NCBI GenBank assembly: GCA_903875555.1
Contig: CAIQWN010000045.1
Span: forward strand, 1,535-65,534
Source of the DNA: an uncultured bacterium
GTDB lineage: Bacteria; Patescibacteriota; Minisyncoccia; Phycocordibacterales; UBA5272
Direction of reading: 5' to 3'
DNA length: 64,000 nucleotides
The position numbers and the translations under genes are program-made. A model generated the notes under the pieces. That model was given only the letters and a program-made list of their open reading frames with translations. It was not told the origin of the DNA and ran no database searches. Positions within the stretch are counted from its first letter, which is position 1, and every line of letters starts with the position of its first letter. This document shows positions 26,761 to 36,566 of the stretch, piece by piece.

Positions 26761-26989
26761 ATATTTATAAATCTATATTTAATTTTAGTAATTTTATCTA
26801 TTCAAAAATTTAAATGTCGGCTCCTTTCGGGCCGACACACACATCCATTTCTGAATGAACTTATTATACAACAAATAAAATAAAAAGCAAATCTAAAATT
26901 ATGTTGCGAATATTTTAAAAAAGAGTAGAATATTTTTAATTGAACAAAGAGTGTAGTTAAACTAAAACCAAACAACAAGGGGAACAATC

Positions 26990-27334
26990 TTGAATACCAC
27001 AATCACAGCTCTACAAAAAGATGACCCATCGATTTGCCAAGCAAAACTCGAACAATGGCACCTAAGGGTTGGGTCTAATTGTAACCTCATAACTGAGAGA
27101 GATTATCTTCTTTCTCAAAACAAACCCTGTAATGAAAATGGTAATTGTATGGCTGTAGAATTACTCAAACAAAAACCGTTTGACTGTCCTGTTATGGAAG
27201 AATTGCCTGCTGGCAATAAATTAAAAAAATGTGACAGAAATGGTGACAGAATCAATTTTATTTTTGGTGGAAGTGGCACCTGCCACCTAGAAGGAAAATG
27301 TCTGATAGTTGGTAAACTCTACACCAGCAAATAA
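26990..27334 (+). CDS. Hypothetical cysteine-rich protein
   Basis: 114 aa, 8 Cys, TTG start after AAGGGGA SD, downstream hairpin near 27378-27398. Confidence 0.55.
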   Translation: MNTTITALQKDDPSICQAKLEQWHLRVGSNCNLITERDYLLSQNKPCNENGNCMAVELLKQKPFDCPVMEELPAGNKLKKCDRNGDRINFIFGGSGTCHLEGKCLIVGKLYTSK

Positions 27335-27441
27335 ATATCACCAAAAAAATTTATAAATAACATTGATGAGAATAGGAGGGCAACCATAAGGTTGCCCGAT
27401 CTTTTTATAATAGATACTATAATATATGATATAATTTTTTA

Positions 27442-28200
27442 ATGAGTAAAATTTCGAAACCTATAATTGTTGGAAATTGGAAGGCAACACCAAAGGATTT
27501 AAAAACTGCTATTTCTTTTGTGAAAGATTTAGAAAAAAAACTATCTAAAAATAAAATTAAGAAAAATTATTTATTGGCTGTACCAGACGTTTACATAAAT
27601 AGCCTATTTAATATTTCTAAGTTTGGTATTATTGGTGCAGAAAATCTAACAGGTAACGAAGAAGGTCAAACAACTGGATTAAATACTCCGTCAATAATTT
27701 CATCAGTTGGCGCAAAATTTATTATTTTAGGTCACAGTGAAGTTAGAAAAAGAGGTGAAACAAATCAAAGTATAAAAGAGAAATTAACAAATACTCTTTC
27801 AAAAAATATAAAAACTATTCTGTGTGTTGGTGAAGAAAAAAGAGAAGTAAATGTTAATTATTTAAAATTCGTCGAAGATGAACTAAAAGAATGTTTAGAA
27901 GTTTCTAAAAAAGAAGATTTTAAAAATTTAATTATTGCATATGAACCAGTGTGGGCAATAGGAGGGATTTCTCCTGCAACAACAAATGAGTGTTTCGAAA
28001 TGGTTATATCTATAAGAAGAACATTGGTTGAACTTATTGGTATGGATAATGCAAAAAAAGTTTCTATACTTTATGGTGGAACAGTCACAAAAGAAAATGC
28101 TCATAGTTTTATAGAAGAAGCTGGTGTTGATGGCTTACTTATTGGTCGTGCTTCACAAAATGTAGATGATTTTTATTCTATAATAAAATCCTGTCTCTAA
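27442..28200 (+). CDS. tpiA: Triosephosphate isomerase
   Basis: GNWK, ILGHSEVR, AYEPVWAIG, LYGG, VDGLLIGRAS. Confidence 0.97.
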   Translation: MSKISKPIIVGNWKATPKDLKTAISFVKDLEKKLSKNKIKKNYLLAVPDVYINSLFNISKFGIIGAENLTGNEEGQTTGLNTPSIISSVGAKFIILGHSEVRKRGETNQSIKEKLTNTLSKNIKTILCVGEEKREVNVNYLKFVEDELKECLEVSKKEDFKNLIIAYEPVWAIGGISPATTNECFEMVISIRRTLVELIGMDNAKKVSILYGGTVTKENAHSFIEEAGVDGLLIGRASQNVDDFYSIIKSCL

Positions 28201-28203
28201 TTT

Positions 28204-29343
28204 ATGATAAATAATTACGAAAAATTTTTTATTAAAGATTTTCAAATATTAAAAGATAAAAGAGTAATTGTTAGACTTGATCTTAATTTGCCAATTAATA
28301 ATGATGGTGGGATTGGTGACACATCAAGACTAGATGAAATCATTCCTTTTCTTAAAGAATTATCTTTTTCTTCCGCAAAAATAATAATACTTTCACATTT
28401 TGGATCAAAAGGTGAAAGTATTGAAAGTGTCGCGAACATTTTATCTTCTCGTTTACCTTTTATTAAATTTATTAGTGGAACGGATTTTAATTTTATAAAA
28501 GGAAAAATTAATGAGATGAAAAGTGGAGATGCTTTAATATTAGAAAACGTAAGACTTTTCCCAGGAGAAACAGAAAACGTAGAAAGTGTGGCTAGAAATT
28601 TTGCATCTTTCGGTGAGGTTTATATAAATGATGCTTTTTCTGTTTCTCATCGTGAACACTCTTCTATTGTTGGTATTCCAAAATATCTCCTCTCCTTTTT
28701 TGGACCAACTTTTGAAAAAGAATTAATAAATTTATCTAAATTACTAACACCAAATAAACCAGCACTACTTATTTTAGGTGGCGCAAAAATTAGTACAAAA
28801 ATTGATTTAATAAAAAGATATTTAGATCAAGATGTTAAAGTTTTTGTTGGTGGAGCACTTGCAAATAATATTTTCAAACAAAGGGGTGTCGAGGTTGGTG
28901 ATAGCCTTGTGGACACAAAAGCAAATCTAATAGCGAGTGTTTTGTTTCATTCTAATTTGATTGTGCCAACAGATGTTGTGCTATCAAACAATGAAGAACG
29001 ACTAATTAATGAATTAAAAAAAGGTGACACTATTGTTGATTGCGGAAAAGAAACAGTAGAAGAATTAAAAAAAATAATAGAAGAATCAAATACTGTAATC
29101 ATGAATGGGCCTGTTGGTCTTTATGAAGAAGGTTTTAATTTTGGAACAGAATCAATACTTACTTTGATTGCAAACAAAAAAAATGGGACGACTTTCATTG
29201 GTGGAGGAGACACTCTTGTTGTTGCCAAAGGTCTTGATATCTTAAAAAGATTTTCCTATGTATCTCTTTCTGGTGGAGCAATGCTTAAATATTTAGCAGA
29301 AGGAACACTGGTGGGAATTGATGCAGTTACGAATGCAAAATAG
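28204..29343 (+). CDS. pgk: Phosphoglycerate kinase
   Basis: RLDLNLP, LENVR, NDAFSVSHR, LGGAKI, NGPVG, GGGDT, SLSGGA. Confidence 0.96.
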   Translation: MINNYEKFFIKDFQILKDKRVIVRLDLNLPINNDGGIGDTSRLDEIIPFLKELSFSSAKIIILSHFGSKGESIESVANILSSRLPFIKFISGTDFNFIKGKINEMKSGDALILENVRLFPGETENVESVARNFASFGEVYINDAFSVSHREHSSIVGIPKYLLSFFGPTFEKELINLSKLLTPNKPALLILGGAKISTKIDLIKRYLDQDVKVFVGGALANNIFKQRGVEVGDSLVDTKANLIASVLFHSNLIVPTDVVLSNNEERLINELKKGDTIVDCGKETVEELKKIIEESNTVIMNGPVGLYEEGFNFGTESILTLIANKKNGTTFIGGGDTLVVAKGLDILKRFSYVSLSGGAMLKYLAEGTLVGIDAVTNAK

Positions 29344-29370
29344 TAAAAAGAAAACTGGAAATTGCTCACA

Positions 29371-29499
29371 TTTAAAAAGTCAGAATTTGTTTTAGATGCA
29401 AGGAGCCTAGAAAATTTTTAGTGAGACGTATTTAAACATACGGCGAATTAAAAATTTTTGTAGCGACACAGCAGATGAAATAAATTCTGACTTTTTAAA
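29371..29499. repeat. ~130-bp long-hairpin miniature element, family C
   Basis: 18-bp perfect TIR TTTAAAAAGTCAGAATTT / AAATTCTGACTTTTTAAA; overlaps the xth stop codon. Confidence 0.75.
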
Positions 29500-30250
29500 A
29501 CTCTAGAACCACAGGACAGTGATCACTTCCAAACATATTATCTAATATATTTGCTTTCTTTATTTTCTTTTCTAAAACTTTTGAGATGAAAATATAATCA
29601 ATACGCCAGCCAACATTTCTGTCTCTTGCTCTGGTTTGCATATCCCACCATGTATATTTTATTTTATCTCCATTTATAAAACGAAATGTATCAGTAAAAT
29701 CCTTCACAAAATTTGCAAGACGAGAACGTTCGTCATCTGTACAACCAAGCTTTCCTTTATTTTCTTTTGGACGAGCAAGATCAATGTCGGCAACTGTCGC
29801 ATTTATATCTCCACAAAAAATAACTGGTTTTATTTTTTCTAATTTCTTGGCACGTTTTAAAAATTGATCATAATAATCTAGTTTATATAAAAAATGTTCA
29901 TGCGACTTTCCTCCGTTTGGAAAATAACAATTCATAAAAACAAAATCTTTGAAATATAAAGTAACAAGCCTGCCCTCCATATCCATTTTATCTTTACCTA
30001 ATCCATACTCAACCTTCTCTGGTTTTTCTTTACAATAAACTGCCACACCAGAATATCCTTTTCTAATTTTTGAACTATCGAAATAAGAAAAATATCCTTT
30101 TATGTTTATAATTTCATCAGTGAGTTGCATAGGTTCTGCCTTTGTTTCTTGAATAGCCAATATATCAGGAGACAATTTCAAAACCTCTTTCCAGTTTTCT
30201 TTTTTTGTTACAGCTCGTATTCCGTTCACATTCCAAGAAATAATTTTCAT
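29495..30250 (-). CDS. xth: Exodeoxyribonuclease III / AP endonuclease
   Basis: SWNVNGIRA, QETK, GYSGVA, YFPNG, GWRIDY, GSDHCP. Confidence 0.97.
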   Translation of the reverse strand: MKIISWNVNGIRAVTKKENWKEVLKLSPDILAIQETKAEPMQLTDEIINIKGYFSYFDSSKIRKGYSGVAVYCKEKPEKVEYGLGKDKMDMEGRLVTLYFKDFVFMNCYFPNGGKSHEHFLYKLDYYDQFLKRAKKLEKIKPVIFCGDINATVADIDLARPKENKGKLGCTDDERSRLANFVKDFTDTFRFINGDKIKYTWWDMQTRARDRNVGWRIDYIFISKVLEKKIKKANILDNMFGSDHCPVVLEF

Positions 30251-30307
30251 GATTTCATTATAACAAAAAAGAAAGCAGGGTGGATAACCCTGCCTGAAAA
30301 CAAAAAA

Positions 30308-30484
30308 TTAACAACATAAAATAGGTGGGCGATTGTCTGACAAAAACGAACATACCTGTATTTGATTCATTTGATCTTCATCTTTATCATGATAAGGCGG
30401 ACAATTTACACATCCATCAGTCAGACAAAACATTCCATAAATCCTTGTTGTATAAAAACCACAACCACATTTTGGATTTTCCAT
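30308..30484 (-). CDS. Small cysteine-rich hypothetical protein
   Basis: MENPKCGCGF...ILCC, 58 aa; GGAG SD lies in the end of the upstream ORF. Confidence 0.45.
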   Translation of the reverse strand: MENPKCGCGFYTTRIYGMFCLTDGCVNCPPYHDKDEDQMNQIQVCSFLSDNRPPILCC

Positions 30485-30485
30485 A

Positions 30486-30683
30486 TCACTCTCCTGCGTC
30501 AGGAAAACCACATCTTTTACGGAAACATGCTTCTTCTCTATCACAACCAGAGTCCGTACATCTTGGCTGTGTTGTAAAACAAACTGTGTCGTTCTCTATA
30601 TAAAAAAATTTTGAACATTTGTTATTGTTCACATCTTCTCCGCCAGACGTCCCAGTTTTTTCACCTGTCAAATGCCTAAACAT
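30486..30683 (-). CDS. Small cysteine-rich hypothetical protein
   Basis: 65 aa, 6 Cys, AGAAGG SD-like sequence before the ATG. Confidence 0.45.
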   Translation of the reverse strand: MFRHLTGEKTGTSGGEDVNNNKCSKFFYIENDTVCFTTQPRCTDSGCDREEACFRKRCGFPDAGE

Positions 30684-30745
30684 AAAAGAACCTTCTTTCT
30701 TATTGATTTAAGATAAGACAATATTAACATCAACTATAATAAACA

Positions 30746-31690
30746 TCAATCTTTACCTTTTTTCTTTCCATGAAACTTTTCATATTGATCACGAAGGAAT
30801 TTGTTAGTTACGTTGGTATATATTTGTGTGGTGGCAATAGAGGCGTGCCCCAACATTAATTGAACAGTTCTCAAATCAGCTCCGTTATACAAAAGATCTG
30901 TCGCAAATGAGTGACGAAGAACGTGTGGTGTACACTTTTTTGAAATACCTGCCATCACAGAATATTTTTCTACTGTTCTTTCCACACTTCTTGGAGTAAG
31001 CCTAATAGATTCTTCTTTTTGCATTCTACTAATAGCACGAGGGGAATGATCAATAAACATTGCTTCATCGATATCAACTCTTTCTTCTAAATATTTTTTT
31101 ACACATTCATTTGCTGAATGAGAAATAAAAACCACTCGAATTTTTCCACCTTTACCTCGCACAGAGATTTCTCCATTTTTAAAATCAGTATCTCTGTCTA
31201 ATGAACAAAGTTCCGAAACACGAAGACCTGTCGAAAATAAAAGCTCAAGCATTGCTTTATCTCTTTTTCCAGAGATTGTTTTTGTGTCGGGTGCGTTTAA
31301 TAATTCATTTAGTTCTCTGTCAGAAATCAAATCGAGTTCTCTTTGAACAGTTTTGGCAAGTTCGATTCTTTCTGGGTCGTAACACTGTACACCTCTTTTT
31401 CTCATATATTTAAGAAAGGCACGAAGGGCAATCAAGTGATAGTTCTGAGTTTTTTTATTTAAAGTTTCTGTTTGTTGTCCCTTCTTTGCTTCGCGAGCAG
31501 AAAGACGATTTAAATACACACGATACTCTCGCATCATTGCTTCCGTTATATCTTGAGGTGCTTCAACTTTTACAAATTCTAAAAAACGATTTAAATAGTG
31601 ATCATAATTGCGAACAGTTAAGACTGAGCGACCTTTTTCTATTTCTAAATATTGAAGATAATCAAATTTAAGTGAAGGAAGTGAGTGCAT
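30746..31690 (-). CDS. XerC/XerD-family tyrosine recombinase
   Basis: LLFSTGLRVSEL, VRGKGGKIR, TPHVLRHSFAT, MLGHASIATTQIY. Confidence 0.95.
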   Translation of the reverse strand: MHSLPSLKFDYLQYLEIEKGRSVLTVRNYDHYLNRFLEFVKVEAPQDITEAMMREYRVYLNRLSAREAKKGQQTETLNKKTQNYHLIALRAFLKYMRKRGVQCYDPERIELAKTVQRELDLISDRELNELLNAPDTKTISGKRDKAMLELLFSTGLRVSELCSLDRDTDFKNGEISVRGKGGKIRVVFISHSANECVKKYLEERVDIDEAMFIDHSPRAISRMQKEESIRLTPRSVERTVEKYSVMAGISKKCTPHVLRHSFATDLLYNGADLRTVQLMLGHASIATTQIYTNVTNKFLRDQYEKFHGKKKGKD

Positions 31691-31808
31691 ACAATAATTA
31701 TACATGAATGTCGTAAAATAATAGAAATATCAACACTATTTAAGGGTTATGTTTAGCTCTTGCAATTTCTAACAAAGTGTGATACTATATGGTGATAATT
31801 AAGAAATT

Positions 31809-32072
31809 ATGTTAACTTCAAGAAAAAAGGCAACTGCAATTAAAAACGCTCAAATACATCCTACAGACACTGGATCACCTGAGGTTCAAGTTTCAGTTCT
31901 TACAAAAAAAATTACTGAACTTACAAATCATTTAAAGACTCACAAGAAAGATAATCATTCTCGTCGTGGTCTTATACAAATGGTGGCTGATCGTCGTTCT
32001 CATTTGAAATATTTAGAAACTTCAAATAAAAAACGTTTCGACGTTATCACAAAAAAGTTAGGTCTAAAATAA
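31809..32072 (+). CDS. rpsO: 30S ribosomal protein S15
   Basis: DTGSPEVQV, HKKDNHSRRGL. Confidence 0.99.
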   Translation: MLTSRKKATAIKNAQIHPTDTGSPEVQVSVLTKKITELTNHLKTHKKDNHSRRGLIQMVADRRSHLKYLETSNKKRFDVITKKLGLK

Positions 32073-32227
32073 TTTTATAAAACAATCTCTTAATGGAGAT
32101 TGTTTTATCTAGTGAAACATAATACAATTAATTATACGCGAATAATCGCACAATTTTAATAATACAATTCTGGCTTAGATTTAAATAATAAAAAATACCT
32201 CTGCCTTTTAATTTTCAATACAAATAT

Positions 32228-32857
32228 ATGTCAATCATTAAACACAATGATCAACGTGTTGCTATTTTTATAGATACACAAAATCTTTATCACAGTGCAA
32301 AAAATTTATACAATTCAAAAGTAAACTTCGGTGCCATAATGGAGAAAGCTGTTGGCAAAAGAAAGCTCATTCGTGCTGTTGCTTATGTAATAACAACAGA
32401 AGCAGGAGACGAAACACAATTCTTTGAAGCATTAACAAAGATTGGAATAGAAACCAAAACAAAGGATTTAAAAATCTTTTATGGTGGAGCAAAGAAAGCA
32501 GACTGGGATGTTTGTATCGCTGTTGATGCAATTCGTTTTGCTCCAAAAGTAGATACCATTGTCTTAGCAACTGGAGATGGAGATTTTGCGCCTCTTGTTA
32601 ATTTCTTAAAACATTTAGGAGTACAGGTAGAGGTTATTTCTTTTGGACGATCAACTTCAGGGGAGCTTCGCGAAGCGTGTGAAGACTTTATCGATATGTG
32701 CGAAAATCCTGATGACTTCCTTATTAATTACAGAAAAACAAACACCCAACCTGGAAGTCAAAAAAAGAAAATTTCTAAAAAACCAAAAAATAAAATTGTA
32801 GAAAATTTTTCTTCAAATGATAACTATGGGGTATTTACTCCTGATGAAGATAATTAA
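32228..32857 (+). CDS. NYN domain (LabA/DUF88) protein
   Basis: FIDTQNLY, KADWDV, LATGDGDFAPL. Confidence 0.92.
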   Translation: MSIIKHNDQRVAIFIDTQNLYHSAKNLYNSKVNFGAIMEKAVGKRKLIRAVAYVITTEAGDETQFFEALTKIGIETKTKDLKIFYGGAKKADWDVCIAVDAIRFAPKVDTIVLATGDGDFAPLVNFLKHLGVQVEVISFGRSTSGELREACEDFIDMCENPDDFLINYRKTNTQPGSQKKKISKKPKNKIVENFSSNDNYGVFTPDEDN

Positions 32858-32961
32858 TTTAGTTTTTTAATAAGAAAATAAATAATACAGGTAAAATAAA
32901 TTTTACCTGTATTATTTTTATTCCTTGCTTGTTTCTTCTTTCTTCTTGTATACTTCTGTTT

Positions 32962-33603
32962 ATGAGTGAAATACCAAAAATAGAAACATTTGAGCATGAT
33001 ATAGTTGCAGAGGTTGAAGGTAAAAATTCAAACATTGCGGACATTGCCTCTTATTCTGAAGAATTAAGTAATGAAAAACAGGAAAAAACAAGAAAGATTA
33101 ATTTTATTATTGTTACTGTTTCTATTATTTTAATAGTTTTAAGTATAATAATAATTATAATTTATACCATCTCATCTAATTCTAAACCTGTACAACAAGA
33201 AATTCCTATAGAAAAACTACAAGTAAACCAAGGAAGTAAAGATAAGGTTGTTTATTTGTTTCCAAATTTAAATTCAAATGTTGGTGAGTTTATTTCTAAT
33301 TTTGAAGAAACACCTTTCGGTTATATCATAACGATTTCTGATTTTAAAGAGGTTTATGCTTTTGTTATGAAAAATGAAAGTGTGTTTGCAGAGGATGTTT
33401 TAAATTCTTTTAAGATTAGTTTAGATGCCAATGTCACTAAAGATAATATTGTGTTTAAAGATGTAAATGATTCTAACCAAAATATGAGAGTGTTGGAGAT
33501 TGGTGACAAAACAGTTGTTTACAGTTGGCTCAATGATAATTATTTATTAGTATCTAAAAATATTAACGGTATTTTGTCTATGCGTAGTGCTATAATTAAG
33601 TAA
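32962..33603 (+). CDS. Hypothetical single-pass membrane protein
   Basis: One long hydrophobic segment; abuts comM. Confidence 0.7.
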   Translation: MSEIPKIETFEHDIVAEVEGKNSNIADIASYSEELSNEKQEKTRKINFIIVTVSIILIVLSIIIIIIYTISSNSKPVQQEIPIEKLQVNQGSKDKVVYLFPNLNSNVGEFISNFEETPFGYIITISDFKEVYAFVMKNESVFAEDVLNSFKISLDANVTKDNIVFKDVNDSNQNMRVLEIGDKTVVYSWLNDNYLLVSKNINGILSMRSAIIK

Positions 33604-35153
33604 TGAGTGTTGCTCTTATTTTAAGCTCTCACATTGTCGGACTTGATGCGGAACTTGTTTCTGTAGAGACTGACATCTCACATGGTATTTATTCCTTTTC
33701 TATAATTGGTCTCCCAGATAAATCAATAGATGAAAGTAAAGACAGAATAATTTCTGCACTAAAAAATTCTTTTCTTAAAAATCCAAAAAGTGAAAACCAT
33801 AAAGTTATTGTTTCACTTGCACCAGCTGATGTAAAAAAGGAGGGGGCTCATTTTGATTTACCAATAGCTCTTTCTTACTTAATTTCTTCAAAACAAATAG
33901 ATGGTGATTTTAAAAATAAAATGTTTGTTGGTGAACTTTCTTTAAATGGTGAAATAAAACCAATGCAGGGAATACTAGCCATAGCAGAATGTGCTAAGAA
34001 AAATAATATTACAGAACTTTACGTACCAAACCAAAATAAAGAGGAGGCGAGTTTGATTGATGGTATAAAAATTTATGGATGTTCAAGTTTAAAAGAAATT
34101 GTTAAACATTTTGGTGGACTAGTCGAAGATGGTGATATTGATGTTTTTAAAATAAAAGAGACAACTAAAACAAATATAATTTATTCTCGTCCAGATTTCT
34201 TTCTAGATCTTAGAGATATACATGGTCAGGAAACAGCCAAAAGAGCTCTTTCTATTGCTGCTTGTGGCGGACACAACATAGCATTATTTGGACCACCAGG
34301 AACAGGAAAGACGATGCTTGCGAGAGCTTTCACTGGTATTCTTCCACCTCTTTCAAAAGAAGAAATTCTTGAAGTAACAAAAATACATTCTGTCGCTAGT
34401 AAGGAAACAAAATTAATTACACATCCACCATTTAGAAGTCCTCATCATACTTCTTCTTATGTTTCACTTGTTGGTGGTGGAGCAAATCCTAGACCTGGAG
34501 AAGTAACCTTGGCGCATCGTGGGGTTTTATTTTTAGATGAATTTCCAGAATTTGAAAAAAGAGTAATAGAAAGTTTACGACAACCACTTGAAGAAGGAAC
34601 TATTTCTGTGTCGCGTGCAAAAGGAACCTTTTTATTTCCAGCAAATTGTATAACCGTGCTCGCCATGAATCCTTGTCCTTGTGGATTTTTAGGAAGTAAA
34701 ATAAAAAGATGTAACTGTTCTGCTAGTGACATACAAAAATATGCTAAAAAAATATCTGGCCCGATAATGGACAGAATCGATATGTGGATCAAAGTAAGTC
34801 ACATAGACTACGACACACTATCACATTCAAACACTAGTATAAGTAGCGATGAAATAAAAGAAGAAATAATTAATGCTAGAAATTTTGCTAAAAAAAGATT
34901 TGAAACTCTTGGTGATAATATAAATTTAAACAAAAATATATCAGCAAAAAATATTTCTAAACATATTCCACTAAGTGATAGTGTTTACAGTTTAATGAAA
35001 AAAATATCTACAAATAATTCTCTATCTCCAAGGGCGTATCACCGCACACTTAGAGTTGCAAGAACCATTGCTGATCTGGAAGGAAAAGAAAATGTAAATG
35101 AATCACACATACTAGAAGCTTTTCAGTATCGAGGAAAGGGGTTTGAGGAATAG
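33603..35153 (+). CDS. comM: ComM/YifB Mg-chelatase-like AAA+ ATPase
   Basis: FDLPIA, GPPGTGKT, PFRSPHHTSS, PGEVTLAHRGVLFLDE, VARTIADL. Confidence 0.96.
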   Translation: MSVALILSSHIVGLDAELVSVETDISHGIYSFSIIGLPDKSIDESKDRIISALKNSFLKNPKSENHKVIVSLAPADVKKEGAHFDLPIALSYLISSKQIDGDFKNKMFVGELSLNGEIKPMQGILAIAECAKKNNITELYVPNQNKEEASLIDGIKIYGCSSLKEIVKHFGGLVEDGDIDVFKIKETTKTNIIYSRPDFFLDLRDIHGQETAKRALSIAACGGHNIALFGPPGTGKTMLARAFTGILPPLSKEEILEVTKIHSVASKETKLITHPPFRSPHHTSSYVSLVGGGANPRPGEVTLAHRGVLFLDEFPEFEKRVIESLRQPLEEGTISVSRAKGTFLFPANCITVLAMNPCPCGFLGSKIKRCNCSASDIQKYAKKISGPIMDRIDMWIKVSHIDYDTLSHSNTSISSDEIKEEIINARNFAKKRFETLGDNINLNKNISAKNISKHIPLSDSVYSLMKKISTNNSLSPRAYHRTLRVARTIADLEGKENVNESHILEAFQYRGKGFEE

Positions 35154-35168
35154 TATTTTTTGTCTCAC

Positions 35169-35294
35169 TTTTTATTTCAAAAATGTTTCAGGTTCAAGGC
35201 GTAAGAAATTTTTATGACTAAAATGTACATGTCGTACATTGCAGGAAGGAAAATTTCTTACAACGAAAAAGATGAAATGTTCTTGGAACAAAAA
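35169..35294. repeat. ~125-bp long-hairpin miniature element, family C
   Basis: TCAAGGCG-TAAGAAATTTT...TGTAC-ATGTC-GTACA...AAAATTTCTTA-CAACG...AGATGAAA; same layout as the 29371 copy. Confidence 0.65.
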
Positions 35295-36353
35295 CTAAAA
35301 AGGATTAACGGCTCCACGCACCTCAAAGTGTAAATGAGGTCCTGTTGAATGACCAGTATTTCCTGTTGCACCAATAACCTCTCCTTGTGATACTGTTTGA
35401 CCAATTGAAACATTTACTTTACTTAAATGAGCATAAACTGTTTGTATATTATTGTCGTGAGCAATAATAATCATGTTTCCATAACCTCCATTATAACCAC
35501 TTGTTTTTGTAAGAATAATTCTTCCGTTACCAGACGCCATAACAGGTGATCCCGTAGGTATACCGATATCAATACCATTATAACCATGCAGACCTTGTGT
35601 TTTTCTTCCGCCAGTAACAGGCCTTATCAAAAATCCATCCGCAAAAGTATTAGAATAAGATTTTACTAATTTACTATAACCATTTGCTAATTTAGAACTT
35701 GATGTTTTTGGTACAGACACACTTATTTCACCTTCCGGAACAAGAATAACATCGCCAACTGTAAGTTCTGTGTCTTTTGTTATTCCGTTAAATTTGGACA
35801 CATCATTAATATCTGCTTTATACTTTTTAACAATAGATAAAAGTGTTTCTCCTTTTTTAACTGTGTGTTTAATACCAGTTATCGGCAAAATAACTATTGT
35901 GTCTCCAACAGTAAGACTGTTTGATTTCAAATCATTCGCCCACACAATTGTATTTTTAGAAACACCAAACATTTTTGCAACACTCGCAAGAGTATCTCCC
36001 TTTTTAACTTCATAAACAGAAATCTGATCTGTTGTAGGAAAATCAACATCCTCTGTAGACAATCGAAGCATGCCGGTAGTTGCAGATAAACTATTAGAAG
36101 TTGAAGCGTCTTCTATAACAGCTTCATTTAATTCTTGAGCATCAACCACGTTTGGTTTCAAAACATCCATCATTTGAGAATTTTTGTTTGAATCTTCTTC
36201 CGATCCACTACCCCCAACAATTATAAATTTAACCCTATCTACTAAATTAGAAAAAACGGAAGCCTCCGCTTGCAAAGGAAAAAGTACCAGTGATACCGGT
36301 ATTACAGAAACTATATTTCGTAAAGCTTTGCTTTTGATTATTTTTACTAAAAT
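35295..36353 (-). CDS. LysM-LysM-M23 peptidoglycan peptidase; start uncertain
   Basis: Two LysM repeats (YEVKKGDTL, HTVKKGETL), HGYNGID, YAHL, STGPHLHFEV; frame stays open to 36386 and contains a signal peptide. Confidence 0.9.
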   Translation of the reverse strand: MLVKIIKSKALRNIVSVIPVSLVLFPLQAEASVFSNLVDRVKFIIVGGSGSEEDSNKNSQMMDVLKPNVVDAQELNEAVIEDASTSNSLSATTGMLRLSTEDVDFPTTDQISVYEVKKGDTLASVAKMFGVSKNTIVWANDLKSNSLTVGDTIVILPITGIKHTVKKGETLLSIVKKYKADINDVSKFNGITKDTELTVGDVILVPEGEISVSVPKTSSSKLANGYSKLVKSYSNTFADGFLIRPVTGGRKTQGLHGYNGIDIGIPTGSPVMASGNGRIILTKTSGYNGGYGNMIIIAHDNNIQTVYAHLSKVNVSIGQTVSQGEVIGATGNTGHSTGPHLHFEVRGAVNPF

Positions 36354-36566
36354 AGATTTGATGAAAAGATATATTTCTTCTCTTTTTTACTTGTTTTCAG
36401 AATAAAACTCTCAGGAATATCAGTATTAGTTTCCACAAACATTTCGTGTGGGGGATTAAGTAATACTAGCAAAAAATGATCACAAAAACAAATAGACAAA
36501 CACACAGAAAATTGTGTATAAGTTATGAAAAATAAATAAAATATAGGGTATAATTAAATAAATATT

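Noticed and set aside
30746-31690. Tyrosine recombinase as a phage, ICE or integron integrase
   Set aside because: XerC/D-like size and motifs, no integron-integrase insertion noticed, housekeeping context, no att sites seen.
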